From an uncultured cyanobacterium (GTDB lineage Bacteria; Cyanobacteriota; Cyanobacteriia; PCC-9006; JAAUQQ01): DNA of 64,000 nt. Both the position numbers and the translations under genes were made by a program. The DNA lies in NCBI GenBank assembly GCA_963718615.1, contig OY970368.1, positions 3,712,001 through 3,776,000 of the forward strand, given 5' to 3'. Numbering within the stretch: the stretch's first letter is position 1; each line of letters begins with the position of its first letter. The notes below the pieces were generated by a model, which was given only the letters and a program-made list of their open reading frames with translations, was not told the DNA's origin and made no database searches. This document shows, piece by piece, positions 1 through 11,011 of the stretch.

Positions 1-23
1 GCGAGGAGCGATCGCAGGTTCAT
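1..23 (-). CDS. 5' end of a gene running off the window (MNLRSLL...), possibly MurE
   Basis: ATG at 23 with GAGGT upstream; only 7 codons visible; identity inferred from recalled cyanobacterial synteny with the glutaredoxin-like gene. Confidence 0.3.
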
Positions 24-96
24 AAATAAGACCTCATCGAATGCATTGGGGATAGATACGAGGGATACAGACAGCGAATCAACACGGGATCATCGC

Positions 97-366
97 CTAT
101 TCTGCCGGATCTTGGATCTGCTGCTGTAGCATTCGCTCCAACTGTGCCACAGAGGCGCGCGGGGAAAGACGAGGCAGACGTTGGCTCCCGGTCGGAGTCA
201 CATAATAGAGAACCGGTATTTCATACTGATAGGCCGCAAACCACTCCGGCTGGGTGGTAATATCCCGGACCTCCAGGTGAATCGGTAAACCGCTGACCTG
301 GTCTAGCTTTAGCTTTAATCCTTCGCAAAGATGACAGCCCGGTTTGCTATAGAGAATAAGTTCCAT
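97..366 (-). CDS. Glutaredoxin-like protein (DUF836 type)
   Basis: LYSKPGCHLC CxxC motif and YQYEIPVL. Confidence 0.85.
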   Translation of the reverse strand: MELILYSKPGCHLCEGLKLKLDQVSGLPIHLEVRDITTQPEWFAAYQYEIPVLYYVTPTGSQRLPRLSPRASVAQLERMLQQQIQDPAE

Positions 367-579
367 ACCCAAAAGCCCTTGAATTCGCCTGAAGAAATCG
401 ATGTAGTCACTGAGGTGACTTATTAAATGGGCACACTAAGTTAGACCCATCGAGGAACGTCAACCCCACCGGGCAATCCCCAGGTGTTTTTGCCTTTTGC
501 AAGGTTCAACGAAGGTTCAACTGTTCTTTCTAAGCACTGCTTCGGCAGTGTACCTTAAGCTGCTGAAGAGAAATCAACC

Positions 580-1203
580 ATGGCTGCTCAAAAAGTTTTG
601 ATCGTAGACGATAGCAAACTGATGCGCTTGCAAGTGCGTGAGATGTTGCCGAGCAATATGACGGTCGTTGAAGCGGCTGATGGCGCAGAGGGGTTGGAGC
701 GAATTTTTCAGGAAAATCCCCATCTGATCATCCTGGACTGCTTCATGCCCAAGATGAATGGCTGGCAAGTGGTCAACAAAATGCTCTCCTACCCGGAATT
801 GCAAAAAATCCCAGTGGTCTTGATGTCAGGTCGGGAGGACGATGTTCAGGAGAATGCGCCGGGACTCTTTAGCTACTTTGAGTTTTTGGGCAAGCCCTTT
901 GATAAAAATCTGTTGATCAAAGCCATTAAAGGCGCGATGGCTAAGGCCAAGCAGCGGCAGAATCATGAAGAGGCGATCGCCCCTCCCCCCGAGCTCCCCT
1001 CAACCGCCACCCTAGAGACCAGCGCCACCACCACCATGGCCGCCACCGTCGCCCTAGATGCCACCACCATCCTGCAAAAACTCCAAAACGAGGTCCAAGA
1101 TCTACGGCAACAAAATGCCGATCTGCGCGCCGAGATGAAGCAGGTCAAGCTCCAGATGGCTCAACTCACCCAGTTCCTCAAGCAGTCCCTCAGTCGGGCC
1201 TAG
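580..1203 (+). CDS. Response regulator: receiver domain plus C-terminal coiled coil
   Basis: VLIVDDS, LIILDCFMPKMNG and KPF motifs; heptad-rich C-terminus. Confidence 0.85.
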   Translation: MAAQKVLIVDDSKLMRLQVREMLPSNMTVVEAADGAEGLERIFQENPHLIILDCFMPKMNGWQVVNKMLSYPELQKIPVVLMSGREDDVQENAPGLFSYFEFLGKPFDKNLLIKAIKGAMAKAKQRQNHEEAIAPPPELPSTATLETSATTTMAATVALDATTILQKLQNEVQDLRQQNADLRAEMKQVKLQMAQLTQFLKQSLSRA

Positions 1204-1277
1204 AAAAATCTGGCTCATCCGGTCCTTCCATTGGTATAATGTGGAGTTTGTGAAGGATACACAATAGAGGATAGCCC

Positions 1278-1886
1278 ATGTCTCGATACAGAGGTCCCCG
1301 CCTCAAGATCACCCGTCGTCTCGGGGATCTGCCCGGTTTGACTCGTAAGTCTGCTCGGCGTCAATATCCGCCGGGGCAGCATGGTCAGGCCCGTCGTAAG
1401 CGCTCCGAGTACGCCGTGCGGCTCGAAGAAAAGCAAAAGCTGCGCTACAACTACGGCGTCAGCGAGCGTCAGCTCGTCCGTTACATGAAAAAGGCGCGTC
1501 GCGTCCAAGGTTCTACTGGGCAAGTGTTGCTGCAATTGCTGGAAATGCGGTTGGACAACACGGTATTCCGCCTGGGTATGGCTCCGACGATTCCGGCTGC
1601 TCGTCAGCTTGTGAACCATGGTCACGTGACGATCAATGGTCGCGTTTTGGATATTCCCAGCTATCAGTGTCGCCCCGGCGATGTGGTGGCAGTGCGCGAT
1701 CGCGATGCCTCCCGCAAGTTGGTTGAAAACAACTTGCAATATCCCGGTCTCTCCAACGTTCCGAGCCATCTGGAGTTTGATAAGAACAAGATGGAAGGCA
1801 AGGTCAATGGCGTGATTGAGCGGGAATGGGTCGCTATTAGTATCAAGGAACTACTCGTGGTCGAGTATTACTCCAGAAAGGTCTAA
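1278..1886 (+). CDS. rpsD: 30S ribosomal protein S4
   Basis: [21 protein letters not shown]...LLEMRLDN...VVEYYSR. Confidence 0.98.
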   Translation: MSRYRGPRLKITRRLGDLPGLTRKSARRQYPPGQHGQARRKRSEYAVRLEEKQKLRYNYGVSERQLVRYMKKARRVQGSTGQVLLQLLEMRLDNTVFRLGMAPTIPAARQLVNHGHVTINGRVLDIPSYQCRPGDVVAVRDRDASRKLVENNLQYPGLSNVPSHLEFDKNKMEGKVNGVIEREWVAISIKELLVVEYYSRKV

Positions 1887-1938
1887 ACGCTAAGTATCCT
1901 TCGCCGATATCTAGATATCGGTACCGTCATACTTTTGT

Positions 1939-1970
1939 AGCCTCTGTTTTTCCTCAAACAGAGGCTTTAT
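1939..1970 (+). terminator. Intrinsic terminator after rpsD
   Basis: AGCCTCTGTTT/AAACAGAGGCT 11-bp stem followed by T-rich tail. Confidence 0.7.
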
Positions 1971-2015
1971 TGTCCTTAGATGATTGCCGCTAGATTTTTC
2001 TCGCCTCTAGGGCAT

Positions 2016-2882
2016 TTAGGCGTTCACGACGACTCCACCGTTGGGATGGAGAACTTGACCTGTCATATAAGACGAATCCTCAGAAGCCAAGAACACAAAA
2101 CTGGTCGCCACTTCCTTCGGTTGTCCCGGACGCTGCATGGGCACTTGCTTGCCAAAGCCTTCGACCATGTCTGCGGTGAAGGCGTCGGGAATAAAGGGAG
2201 TCCAGATGGGGCCAGGGGCAACGCCATTGACGCGGATATCTTTCTCGATGAGGGATTGGGAAAGCGATCGCGTAAACGCCAAAATTGCCCCCTTCGTCGT
2301 GGAATAACTTAGCAATTGCGCATTGCCTTTATAGGCATTAATCGAAGTTGTATTGATGATCTTGCTCCCCTTCGGCATATGGGGAATGGCCGCCTTGGTG
2401 AGATAGAACATTGCGAAGACATTGGTACTGAAAATGCTGTTTAGCCGTTCGGTATCAATGTCAGTTAAGGTCTGCGCATCTTCTAGATATTGCTCTGCAG
2501 CGTTGTTGACCAGAATATCAATTCTGCCGTATCGCTCAACAGTTTTTTGAACCAGTTGTTGACAGAACTCTTCGCTGCTGATGTCGCCGGGTAAGAGTAA
2601 ACACTGGCGACCATAGGATTCAACCGCCTGTTGGGTCTCGGCAGCGTCTTGGTGTTCATCCAAATAGGAAACAGTCACGTTGGCACCTTCCTTGGCGAAG
2701 TAGACGGCCACGGCTCGTCCAATGCCGCTGTCTCCTCCAGTAATCAAGGCAATTTTATTTTTAAGTTTGTTGCTACCTGAGTAGTCTGGATCATCGTATT
2801 GCGGTTTGGGTGTCATTTCTGACTCTAGAGCCGGTTGGCGACTTTGGCTTTGAGCGGGAATTTGATCGGCTGAAATAGTCAT
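2016..2882 (-). CDS. SDR oxidoreductase (YhdF/general stress protein 39-like)
   Basis: TGGDSGIG, NNAA, YSTTK and PGPIWTP motifs. Confidence 0.9.
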   Translation of the reverse strand: MTISADQIPAQSQSRQPALESEMTPKPQYDDPDYSGSNKLKNKIALITGGDSGIGRAVAVYFAKEGANVTVSYLDEHQDAAETQQAVESYGRQCLLLPGDISSEEFCQQLVQKTVERYGRIDILVNNAAEQYLEDAQTLTDIDTERLNSIFSTNVFAMFYLTKAAIPHMPKGSKIINTTSINAYKGNAQLLSYSTTKGAILAFTRSLSQSLIEKDIRVNGVAPGPIWTPFIPDAFTADMVEGFGKQVPMQRPGQPKEVATSFVFLASEDSSYMTGQVLHPNGGVVVNA

Positions 2883-2967
2883 GGGATGGAATACTCTGCT
2901 ACTGCGTCTTAAAACAAAGCACCCCTAGGAGAGTAGGGATGCTCAAAGAGCGGACTCGGTGAATGTC

Positions 2968-3165
2968 CTAACGCGATTCGGTGCCTTGGTTGGGTGAACC
3001 TTCGATTTTGCTCCGTGCACCGGGTGCTTCTGGGGCGGCTCCCTCACGGGTGTCCATGTTGGTCTCCTGACCCGTCTTCCGACTGGCTTCGTTCAAGGGA
3101 GTTTGCTTGCCACCGGGAGCGGTCGGAGTTTCTTTTTCTTCTTCTTGGGGTTTGGACTCAGCCAT
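2968..3165 (-). CDS. Small hydrophilic, probably disordered protein
   Basis: AGGAGG RBS before ATG 3165; E/K/G/T/P-rich 65 aa; upstream of the stress SDR. Confidence 0.6.
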   Translation of the reverse strand: MAESKPQEEEKETPTAPGGKQTPLNEASRKTGQETNMDTREGAAPEAPGARSKIEGSPNQGTESR

Positions 3166-3321
3166 GGCTGACCTCCTGGAAATAGGGTTAAAGTTGCTCA
3201 AGAATTCTGAGCGTTAGCCCCAGTCTAAAAATCTGTTTTGAGCTGCCCCTCCATCAAGAGGAAGAGTTCAAGGGTGAGATAATGCATCTATCTACTCACG
3301 AACCACAGGCAACGATTGGGC

Positions 3322-4311
3322 ATGAGCACCACACCCAGAGTTTTTATCGACGGCGAAGCAGGCACTACCGGATTGCAAATTTACCAACGCCTTGCAACCC
3401 GTAACGATCTTACCTTGGTGCAGATTGCTCCCGAGCTGCGAAAATCCACAGAAGAACGGGCAAAATTGCTCAACAGCGTCGATCTCGCTATCCTCTGTCT
3501 CCCCGATGATGCTGCCAAGGAATCCGTCAGCCTCGTTACCCATCCTGACGTTAAAATTTTGGATGCCAGTACCGCTTACCGCACCGCAGAGGGCTGGGTC
3601 TATGGGTTTGCGGAATTGGAACCGGGGGGGCGCGATCGCATCGCCCAATCCTCCCGCGTCAGCAACCCCGGCTGCTACCCCACCGGTTTTCTCGCCTGTA
3701 TCCGTCCCCTCGTAAGCGCAGGCTTAATCCCTCGCGCCATGCCCATCACCGTCAACGCCGTTTCTGGTTATTCTGGCGGCGGCAACAAACTGATCGATAC
3801 CTACGAAGCGACCCACAGCGGTGAGTTCGCGGGGCAACCCTCCATTTATCCCTACGCTCCCTACGGCCTTGGGTTTGGCCATAAGCATGTGAAGGAAATG
3901 TATCGCTATTCCAAACTGGAGCACCCGCCGCTGTTTGTGCCGTCTGTTGGAGACTTTGTCCAGGGGATGCTGGTGCAAATTCCGCTGCCCCTTTGGTCCC
4001 TGCCAACACCACCTTCAGGTGCTGACCTACACCAATGTTTGCAGGATTACTATGCTGGCCAACGGTTTATTCAGGTTGCACCTTTGAATGACCAGGAGGC
4101 CTTGCGGGGCGGGAATTTCTTGGATATTCAATCTGCCAACGGCACGAACCAAGTCCAGGTCTTTGTCTTTGCCAACGACGCGACCCAGGAAGCGTTGCTC
4201 GTGGCGCGGCTGGATAACCTGGGCAAAGGTGCCTCCGGGGCGGCGGTCCAGAACATGAACCTGATGCTGGGACTAGGGGAGATGGCGGGGCTCGAAGAAG
4301 CGATTTTGTAG
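3322..4311 (+). CDS. argC: N-acetyl-gamma-glutamyl-phosphate reductase (type 2)
   Basis: FIDGEAGTTGL, SNPGCYPTG and LDNLGKGASGAAVQN motifs. Confidence 0.95.
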   Translation: MSTTPRVFIDGEAGTTGLQIYQRLATRNDLTLVQIAPELRKSTEERAKLLNSVDLAILCLPDDAAKESVSLVTHPDVKILDASTAYRTAEGWVYGFAELEPGGRDRIAQSSRVSNPGCYPTGFLACIRPLVSAGLIPRAMPITVNAVSGYSGGGNKLIDTYEATHSGEFAGQPSIYPYAPYGLGFGHKHVKEMYRYSKLEHPPLFVPSVGDFVQGMLVQIPLPLWSLPTPPSGADLHQCLQDYYAGQRFIQVAPLNDQEALRGGNFLDIQSANGTNQVQVFVFANDATQEALLVARLDNLGKGASGAAVQNMNLMLGLGEMAGLEEAIL

Positions 4312-5493
4312 TTTCGGCAAGGACAAGGCCACCATCATGTACATCACCCAATAAATATTACTCAGCCGCAGCAAATAGCTTTCGGTGACGTTGTTGAGCG
4401 TCACAAAGGCCAACAGCCCAATAGGCCAGAGGTCACCACTGTGGCGTCCGAGGGAGGCTCGGGCGATCGCCCGCCCCAAGGCCGTAAACAAACTGATCAA
4501 GAAAAATAACACCCCCGGCAAGCCCACATCCAAAGCCAAGTCAATCAAACCATTGTGAACATGGGGGGGCGTATAGCCAGGGGCCACGGCTAGCCCCGCC
4601 TCCAGCGCATAGGGACTGCCCGGTGCCCAGAAGGCCGCGCGGCCAAATCCCAGGATTGGACTGTCCTGAATCCGCGTTAGGGCCACTCCCCACATGGGCG
4701 TTCGGCCCGTTAGCGTTGGGTCTTTGCCCAAACTGGTGAGCAAGGGCACCCACTGGCTGATGGCAAAGACTAAAAGGCAGCCGACCACTAGCAAGGTCAA
4801 ATCTAAGGCAATGACCGCCACCCGCCCTTTGAGTTTAAACTCACGGCAAAAATAGATCAGCGACATCACCAAAATTGAAACCACCAGGGCGGTTTTAGAC
4901 GTAGAAAGGAGCAACAGCAACACACTCAGCCCCACTCCCCCCCAAGCCCAAGGCACTTTTCTCACTCGGTCTGTGGCCAAGAGAAAGCTACTCATAATTC
5001 CCACCACCATGTAGCTCCCGAGGGTGTTTTTGTAATCAAATAAACCGCGCCAAGCGCCAATATGTTCCGTGGAATCAATCGCCACCTGAGGTAACACAAT
5101 GCCCGCTACAAAGGACAAAATACTGCCAATACCAAAGGCCGTTGCCACCAGTTTGAGCTGTTCGCGCAATGAAAATCGAGTTGCCATGTAGAGGCCAAAG
5201 GAGGCCATTTGTAGGACCTCTCGCGTGCCGTCCTTAGAGATCTCAGGATAGTGAGACCAGACAAAGGAAATGGCTTCTAACCCGACCACGCCCCAGAGCC
5301 ACGGATCCCGAGTCGCCGTGTAGAGTGCATGTTTATACCTCATGCCAATTAATACAACGGACAGGCCCCAGACTCCATAGCGCCAGAGGGTGAGCACAGG
5401 AGACGGCAAAATCGGCGGGACACCAATCGGCGAGATGAAAAAAAGCAGCCCAACAATCGCAAAGGCTCGCTCAAACCAAAGAAATGCAGTCAT
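4273..5493 (-). CDS. O-antigen ligase/Wzy-like polymerase (ExoQ-like)
   Basis: Multi-TM protein; WRGLFDYKN, TLTGRTPMW and HVHNG motifs. Confidence 0.85.
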   Translation of the reverse strand: MTAFLWFERAFAIVGLLFFISPIGVPPILPSPVLTLWRYGVWGLSVVLIGMRYKHALYTATRDPWLWGVVGLEAISFVWSHYPEISKDGTREVLQMASFGLYMATRFSLREQLKLVATAFGIGSILSFVAGIVLPQVAIDSTEHIGAWRGLFDYKNTLGSYMVVGIMSSFLLATDRVRKVPWAWGGVGLSVLLLLLSTSKTALVVSILVMSLIYFCREFKLKGRVAVIALDLTLLVVGCLLVFAISQWVPLLTSLGKDPTLTGRTPMWGVALTRIQDSPILGFGRAAFWAPGSPYALEAGLAVAPGYTPPHVHNGLIDLALDVGLPGVLFFLISLFTALGRAIARASLGRHSGDLWPIGLLAFVTLNNVTESYLLRLSNIYWVMYMMVALSLPKLQNRFFEPRHLP

Positions 5494-5620
5494 AGGGGGT
5501 GATGGAAAGGGCGATCGCCAAACTTCAAAATCATCGGGACCGGGCACAAAATTTGAGAAAGAAAGACTATTGACCCAAGAAGCATGGCCTACGGTTTTAA
5601 GAACCTGCGGTTTTGAGAAG

Positions 5621-8064
5621 ATGCATATGAATCGAAATCATCGCTGGTTTTTTCGCTGGTTTTTGGCCTTCGTTACGGCAGGACTGATAGTCTGTTTTGC
5701 TACTGACTTACTTGGTAAAAAAGCCCAAGATCATGCAGTTTTAGCCGTCTTAAAGGGACCGATTCAAATACAGGATCTCTACACCGTTCAAGGGCAGATT
5801 TTGGCAATCCGGATTGATGCTGGAAAAACAATTTTGGGGCGGCAAGAATCCTATCGAGGGGAACCGGGCGATCGCACCAGTTCTGATTCCCAAGGGAACC
5901 CCTGGCTCTGGCGTCGGGGGCAAGCGATCGGAGCGCTGGTGGGACCTCAGCAAAACATTCTGCGCCGGTTCGATCGCCTGGATGGACAGCCCTTGGATCT
6001 GCGTTGGGCAACTAGTCCCAAAACCTATCAGCTCAGCTCAGCCACTGATCCGGCCTACCGCCAGGGCCTTCAGCCCCATCAGGTCTTCCGCAAAACTCGA
6101 CCCACCAATATGGCCCAAACTGGCCCGGACAGCACCGTCTGGCCCCAAAGCCATACGCTCTACCTGCAATGGCCCCAACCCCTCCAGCCGGGGCAGCGGT
6201 ATCAACTGACGCTCTTGCCCGCCAATCCCCGTGAACAGCCGACGAAGCTGGCCTTTGACTACCAGCCCGATCGCCAAACCAGCGAAGCGGTCCATGTCTC
6301 CCAGGTGGGATTTCGACCCCAGGACCCCAAGGTCGCCTTTTTATCCACTTGGATGGGGGATGGGGGTGGGGTGGATTATCTTGAGGAGCCATCCCAGAAA
6401 CAGCGGGAAGGGCTGGGGTTTGAGCTAATTGAGGAGGGGACGGGGCGATCGCAATACCAGGGTCAGGTGCGCTTGCGGCGGCGAGCCCAGGAGACCGAAG
6501 TGGACAACCGCAACTATAACCAAACGCCGGTTTACAGCCTGACCTTCGACGAGTTCCGGCGTCCCGGTACCTATCGGGTCTGTGTCAAAACCGTAGGCTG
6601 TTCGCAGCCCTTTCCGATTCAGCCCCAGGTCTGGCAGGCTCCCTTTCGGCTGGCCTTTCGCGGGTTTTATCACCAGCGCAGCGGCATTGCCCTGGAGCCT
6701 CCCTTCACGACGGTGCGGCGGCCACGCCCGTTTCATCCGGCGGATGGGCTGGCGATCTATCAGTCTTCCACGCCGTTGATTGCCACGGGGAATGGGTTGG
6801 ATTATCGGCTAGACAATTTCAAAGCCCTGGTTGCAGGCAAAACCGCGTTGTCGATCAAAGCCTGGGGGGGCTATTTTGACGCGGGGGATTGGGATCGGCG
6901 GATTCAGCATCTGGAAGTGGCGCGGCTGCTGTTTGAACTGGCGGAGATTGCGCCGAAATTGACCCAGGAGACGTTTAATCTGCCGGAGTCTAAAAACGAT
7001 CTGCCGGACTTGATTGACGAAGCCCTTTGGGGACTGGACTTTTTCTATCGGCTGCAATTGCCCGATGGCGGGATTCGGGGGGGCATTGAGTCGGCGGAAC
7101 ATCCCAAGTGGGGCGAGACGAGCTGGCAGGAGTCCCATCCGGTCATGGCCTACGCGCCGGATGCTTGGTCGAGCTATGTCTATGCAGGGGTGGCGGCGCA
7201 GGCGGCGGCTTGGCTCCAGCCTCGGTTTCCCGAGCGCGCCCAGCGGTACCAGCAAAGCGCCCTCAAGGCCATGGCCTACGCCGAAGCCCACCGCCAAACC
7301 ACCGATGCCCCGCCAGACTTTGCCTACGCCCTGCGGGATGCCCGTAATCTTGCCGCTGTCGAGCTGCTGCGCCTTACCCGTGAGGCCCGCTGGCACCGCA
7401 TTTTTCTGGAAACCACCGTTTTCACGGACCCGAGCCAGCCCCTGTATCGCTGGGGGCAGCAGGACCAGCGGGATGCGGCCTTTGTCTATGCGCGGCTGCC
7501 ACAAACTTTAGTGAATTCCAAGGTTCAAACCCAGGCCAGAACGGCACTGCTGCGCGAAGCCCAAGAGTCTATGGGCCTCAGTCAACGCACCGGCTTTGGC
7601 TGGACCAAAATGGATCCCCAGCAGCCCATTGGCTGGGGCGGCAGCTTTGGCAATCCCCAGGTGACGACCTTAATTCGTGCCCATGTATTAACCCAAGATG
7701 AAAATTATTTAAAGACGGCTCTTCAATCGGCCCAGTTTGGCACCGGAGCCAATCCCCTGAATATGACATTTACAACCGGATTGGGTCAGCGTTTTCCTCA
7801 GAATCCCCTGGTGATTGATCAGCGATCGCTCGGCCAATCTCCCCCCCCGGTATCACCGTTTATGGTCCCCTGGATGTGCAGACGTTTCCCGACGATTGGC
7901 ATGCCCAACAAATTGCGCCCCAAGTCTATCCAGCCTTAGCAAAATGGCCCGTTACCGAAGCCTATTTTGATGTTTATTTGTTCCCGGCAGTGACCGAATT
8001 TACGGTGGCAGAAACCCTTGCACCGGTGGCCTATGCCTGGGGCTATTTTGCTGGACAGCCGTGA
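5621..8064 (+). CDS. Glycoside hydrolase family 9 with Ig-like N-domain; apparent frameshift at the C8 run 7841-7848
   Basis: VHVSQVGF, FYHQRSG, GGYFDAGD and GANP motifs; the C-terminal EFTV motif lies in another frame (7876-8064); adding one C restores PPPGITVYGP. Confidence 0.85.
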
Positions 8065-8255
8065 GTGAATTGCCGTGAAAATGTGCCCATTCAGTTTGAT
8101 AATTTTTACGCATGGTGACCTTATTAACTCAGTAGGCCCAATCTTTGCAGAGACTTTATTCCAGAGCCTACGGGTTAACCTCAAAACCTTTGTAATTTGA
8201 AACGAGACCTGTTGCAGGTGTTTTCCTCCTTATTATTTTTCTCAGGGGCCGATAT

Positions 8256-9584
8256 ATGCAGATGCAGGGCATGCAGATGCAGGTTATACAAGCTCAGAAC
8301 AGCCAAAACCAGGCTTGTTCGTCGGTTCAGCTCCGATTAGGTTACTTGGTGAATCAATATCCCAAAGTCAGCCACAGTTTTATTCGCCGCGAAATCGCTG
8401 CCCTTGAAACCGAGGGCATATCGGTCGTGCGCTTTTCAATTCGCACCTGTCAGGACGAACTGATCGATCCGTTGGACCAGGAAGAATTGCAGAAAACCCG
8501 TGTTTTGTTTCAGCCCCAGCCTGGGGGTTGGCTGGGGAACCTGGGGTGGATCTGGGACTGGGTGGTGGCGATCGCCCTCGTCTTTCTCCACACTCCCCTG
8601 GGCTGGCTGCGCACGCTGCTCTGGAGTCTCCAACTGGGAGGCCAAAGCGATACGGGCAGGGTCAAGCATGTGGCCTATTTTGCCGAAGCTTGCTTGCTGC
8701 GTCGCTGCTGTGCCCTGGCCTCGGTCAATCATCTCCACGTCCATTTCGGCACCAACTCGACGATGGTCGCGATGCTCTGTCGCCAACTGGGGGGTCCTTC
8801 CTACAGTTTTACGGTCCATGGTCCTGAAGAGTTCGATCGCGCCTCCGGTTTGGCCCTCAGGCCCAAAATTGCCCAGGCCGCTTTTGTAGTCGCTATTAGC
8901 TCCTATGGGCGCAGTCAGCTCTATCGCCAGTGCGACTATGAGCAGTGGTCCAAAATCCACCGGGTTCATTGCGGTGTCGATCAGCCCTTTTTGCAGCCGC
9001 CAACGCTACCGCCTCCGATGGTCTATCCGCCGGACCGGCCTCGACTGGTTTGTGTGGGTCGTCTCTGCGAACAAAAAGGCCAACTGCTGCTGGTCGAGGC
9101 CATTCAGCACCTAAAACAGCGGGGTCATTTTGTCGATCTGGTGCTCGTGGGCGATGGGCCGTTGCGATCGCCTCTGGAACAGTTGATTGCACAATATAAT
9201 CTTCAAGACCAAATTCAAATTACCGGCTGGGCCAGTTCCGAGCAGGTGCGATCGCAGCTTCTATCCGCCCAGGCCCTCGTCCTGCCGAGCTTTGCCGAAG
9301 GTCTGCCCGTCGTGTTGATGGAAGCCCTTGCCCTAGGCCGTCCGGTCCTGAGTACCTACGTGGCGGGAATTCCTGAACTGGTGGAACCGGGGGTGAATGG
9401 CTGGCTGGTTCCGGCGGGTTCAATGGAGGCGTTAGTTCAGGGGCTGGAAACCCTGTTGGCGACGCCTCGCGAGAAGCGTTGGGCCATGGGGTTGGCGGGA
9501 CATGAGGCGATCGCCCAACGCCACAACATCACCCTCGAAGCCCAGCGGCTGGCCGCCCTGTTTGCTCAAACCCAAAAAGATTAA
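8256..9584 (+). CDS. GT4 glycosyltransferase (WcaL-like)
   Basis: YPKVSHSFIRREI and EGLPVVLMEA motifs. Confidence 0.9.
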   Translation: MQMQGMQMQVIQAQNSQNQACSSVQLRLGYLVNQYPKVSHSFIRREIAALETEGISVVRFSIRTCQDELIDPLDQEELQKTRVLFQPQPGGWLGNLGWIWDWVVAIALVFLHTPLGWLRTLLWSLQLGGQSDTGRVKHVAYFAEACLLRRCCALASVNHLHVHFGTNSTMVAMLCRQLGGPSYSFTVHGPEEFDRASGLALRPKIAQAAFVVAISSYGRSQLYRQCDYEQWSKIHRVHCGVDQPFLQPPTLPPPMVYPPDRPRLVCVGRLCEQKGQLLLVEAIQHLKQRGHFVDLVLVGDGPLRSPLEQLIAQYNLQDQIQITGWASSEQVRSQLLSAQALVLPSFAEGLPVVLMEALALGRPVLSTYVAGIPELVEPGVNGWLVPAGSMEALVQGLETLLATPREKRWAMGLAGHEAIAQRHNITLEAQRLAALFAQTQKD

Positions 9585-9597
9585 TCATTCCCCATCT

Positions 9598-10938
9598 ATG
9601 CAAGCGCTCAAAAAACCTGCGGTTCGTGGTGCGGTGTGGATCATCGCCAGCTATGGGGTCAGTCAATCCCTTCGCTTTGCGAGCAATCTGATTCTGACCC
9701 GGTTGTTGATTCCGGAATACTTTGGTCTGATGGCGCTGGCGAATACGCTGCGCATTGGTCTGGAGCTGATGGCAGATCTCGGCATCGAACAGAGCATTAT
9801 TCAAAACAAACGGGGGGACGAACCTGCCTTTTTGAATACGGCTTGGACGCTAAAAATCATTCGGGGCGTTTTGCTTTGGTTTATCTGTTTGGCGATTACG
9901 ATGCCCGTGGCCCATTGGTATGAGGACGATCGCCTACGGCTAATTGTCCCGATCGTGGGATTGACAACGATTTTGGAAGGGTTTTCCTCGACGGCGATCG
10001 CCACGCTCAACCGCCGGATGGAGTTGGGGCGATTTGTCATTTTTGAGTGGTTCATCCAAGTATTTAACTTGGCAGTTCTAATGATTTGGTCCTGGTTGAG
10101 TCCGAGCATTTGGGCGCTCAGTATCGGTGGACTCTCAGGGGCAATCTTGCAAAGCGTTGCTAGCCACTTTCTGCTGCCAGGACAACGCAATCGCTTCGCC
10201 TGGGATCGAGAAGCCGCAGAGGCTATCTTTGTCTTTGGTCAGGGCATGTTTTTTGTTTCGGCGCTAATGTTCTTAGCGGATCAAGCCGATCGCTTTCTGT
10301 TAGCCAAACTGGTTTCGTTTGAGATGTTAGGGGTTTATACCATTGCCTACACCATGGCAACATTACCCCGCGAAATCCTGCGAAATTTGAGTTATCGAGT
10401 CTTGTTTCCCACGGCGGCTAAACATGCAGAGTTACCTCGCCAGGAAATGCGTCAGATTACGTTGCGACAGCGCTTCTTTATCCTGCTGGGAACGGCCCTG
10501 GGCTTAGCTTTTTTAACTGGATTGGGTGATGAGGCGATCCGCTGGCTCTATGACGAGCGCTATGTAGCCGCCACTTGGATGCTACCGATTTTGGCGGTGG
10601 GGGTGTGGTTCTCAGCCTTGTTCTATACGGCAACGCCTGCCCTTTTGGCGATTGGTAAACCGGGCTATAGCGCCTACGGTAATCTAGGCCGGTTGATCAT
10701 GGTCACCCTAGGACTCCAGGTGGGGTATCACATTTCTGGGATTGTCGGGGCTGTGGTAGGTATTGCCCTCAGTGACGTAGCAGCCCACCTAACGTTGTAC
10801 TACGGACTATGGCGGGAACGGTTATTGTTTTTGGCTCAAGATATCCAGATGACCGCTCTGTACCTGGTGAGCCTCAGCATCGTCTTAGCAGGTCGTTATG
10901 CCCTGGGTTGGGGCACTCCCATTGACCTGCTATTTTGA
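9598..10938 (+). CDS. Oligosaccharide flippase (Wzx)
   Basis: LILTRLLIPEYFGLM, NTAWT and LGVYTIA motifs; multi-TM. Confidence 0.88.
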   Translation: MQALKKPAVRGAVWIIASYGVSQSLRFASNLILTRLLIPEYFGLMALANTLRIGLELMADLGIEQSIIQNKRGDEPAFLNTAWTLKIIRGVLLWFICLAITMPVAHWYEDDRLRLIVPIVGLTTILEGFSSTAIATLNRRMELGRFVIFEWFIQVFNLAVLMIWSWLSPSIWALSIGGLSGAILQSVASHFLLPGQRNRFAWDREAAEAIFVFGQGMFFVSALMFLADQADRFLLAKLVSFEMLGVYTIAYTMATLPREILRNLSYRVLFPTAAKHAELPRQEMRQITLRQRFFILLGTALGLAFLTGLGDEAIRWLYDERYVAATWMLPILAVGVWFSALFYTATPALLAIGKPGYSAYGNLGRLIMVTLGLQVGYHISGIVGAVVGIALSDVAAHLTLYYGLWRERLLFLAQDIQMTALYLVSLSIVLAGRYALGWGTPIDLLF

Positions 10939-11011
10939 GGCGGATCACGTATCCTGCATTGGGCGCGAAGTCCGCGCCCCTAGGAATAAATGCGCCTTCC
11001 TTAGGCCTTCT

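Noticed and set aside
1904-1921. Perfect 18-bp palindrome CCGATATCTAGATATCGG after rpsD
   Set aside because: Single copy in the window with no assignable function; could be a 3' UTR stem
5390-5620. N-terminal extension of the GH9 ORF as given in the track
   Set aside because: It overlaps the divergent Wzy-like gene; the signal/TM segment begins after ATG 5621/5627
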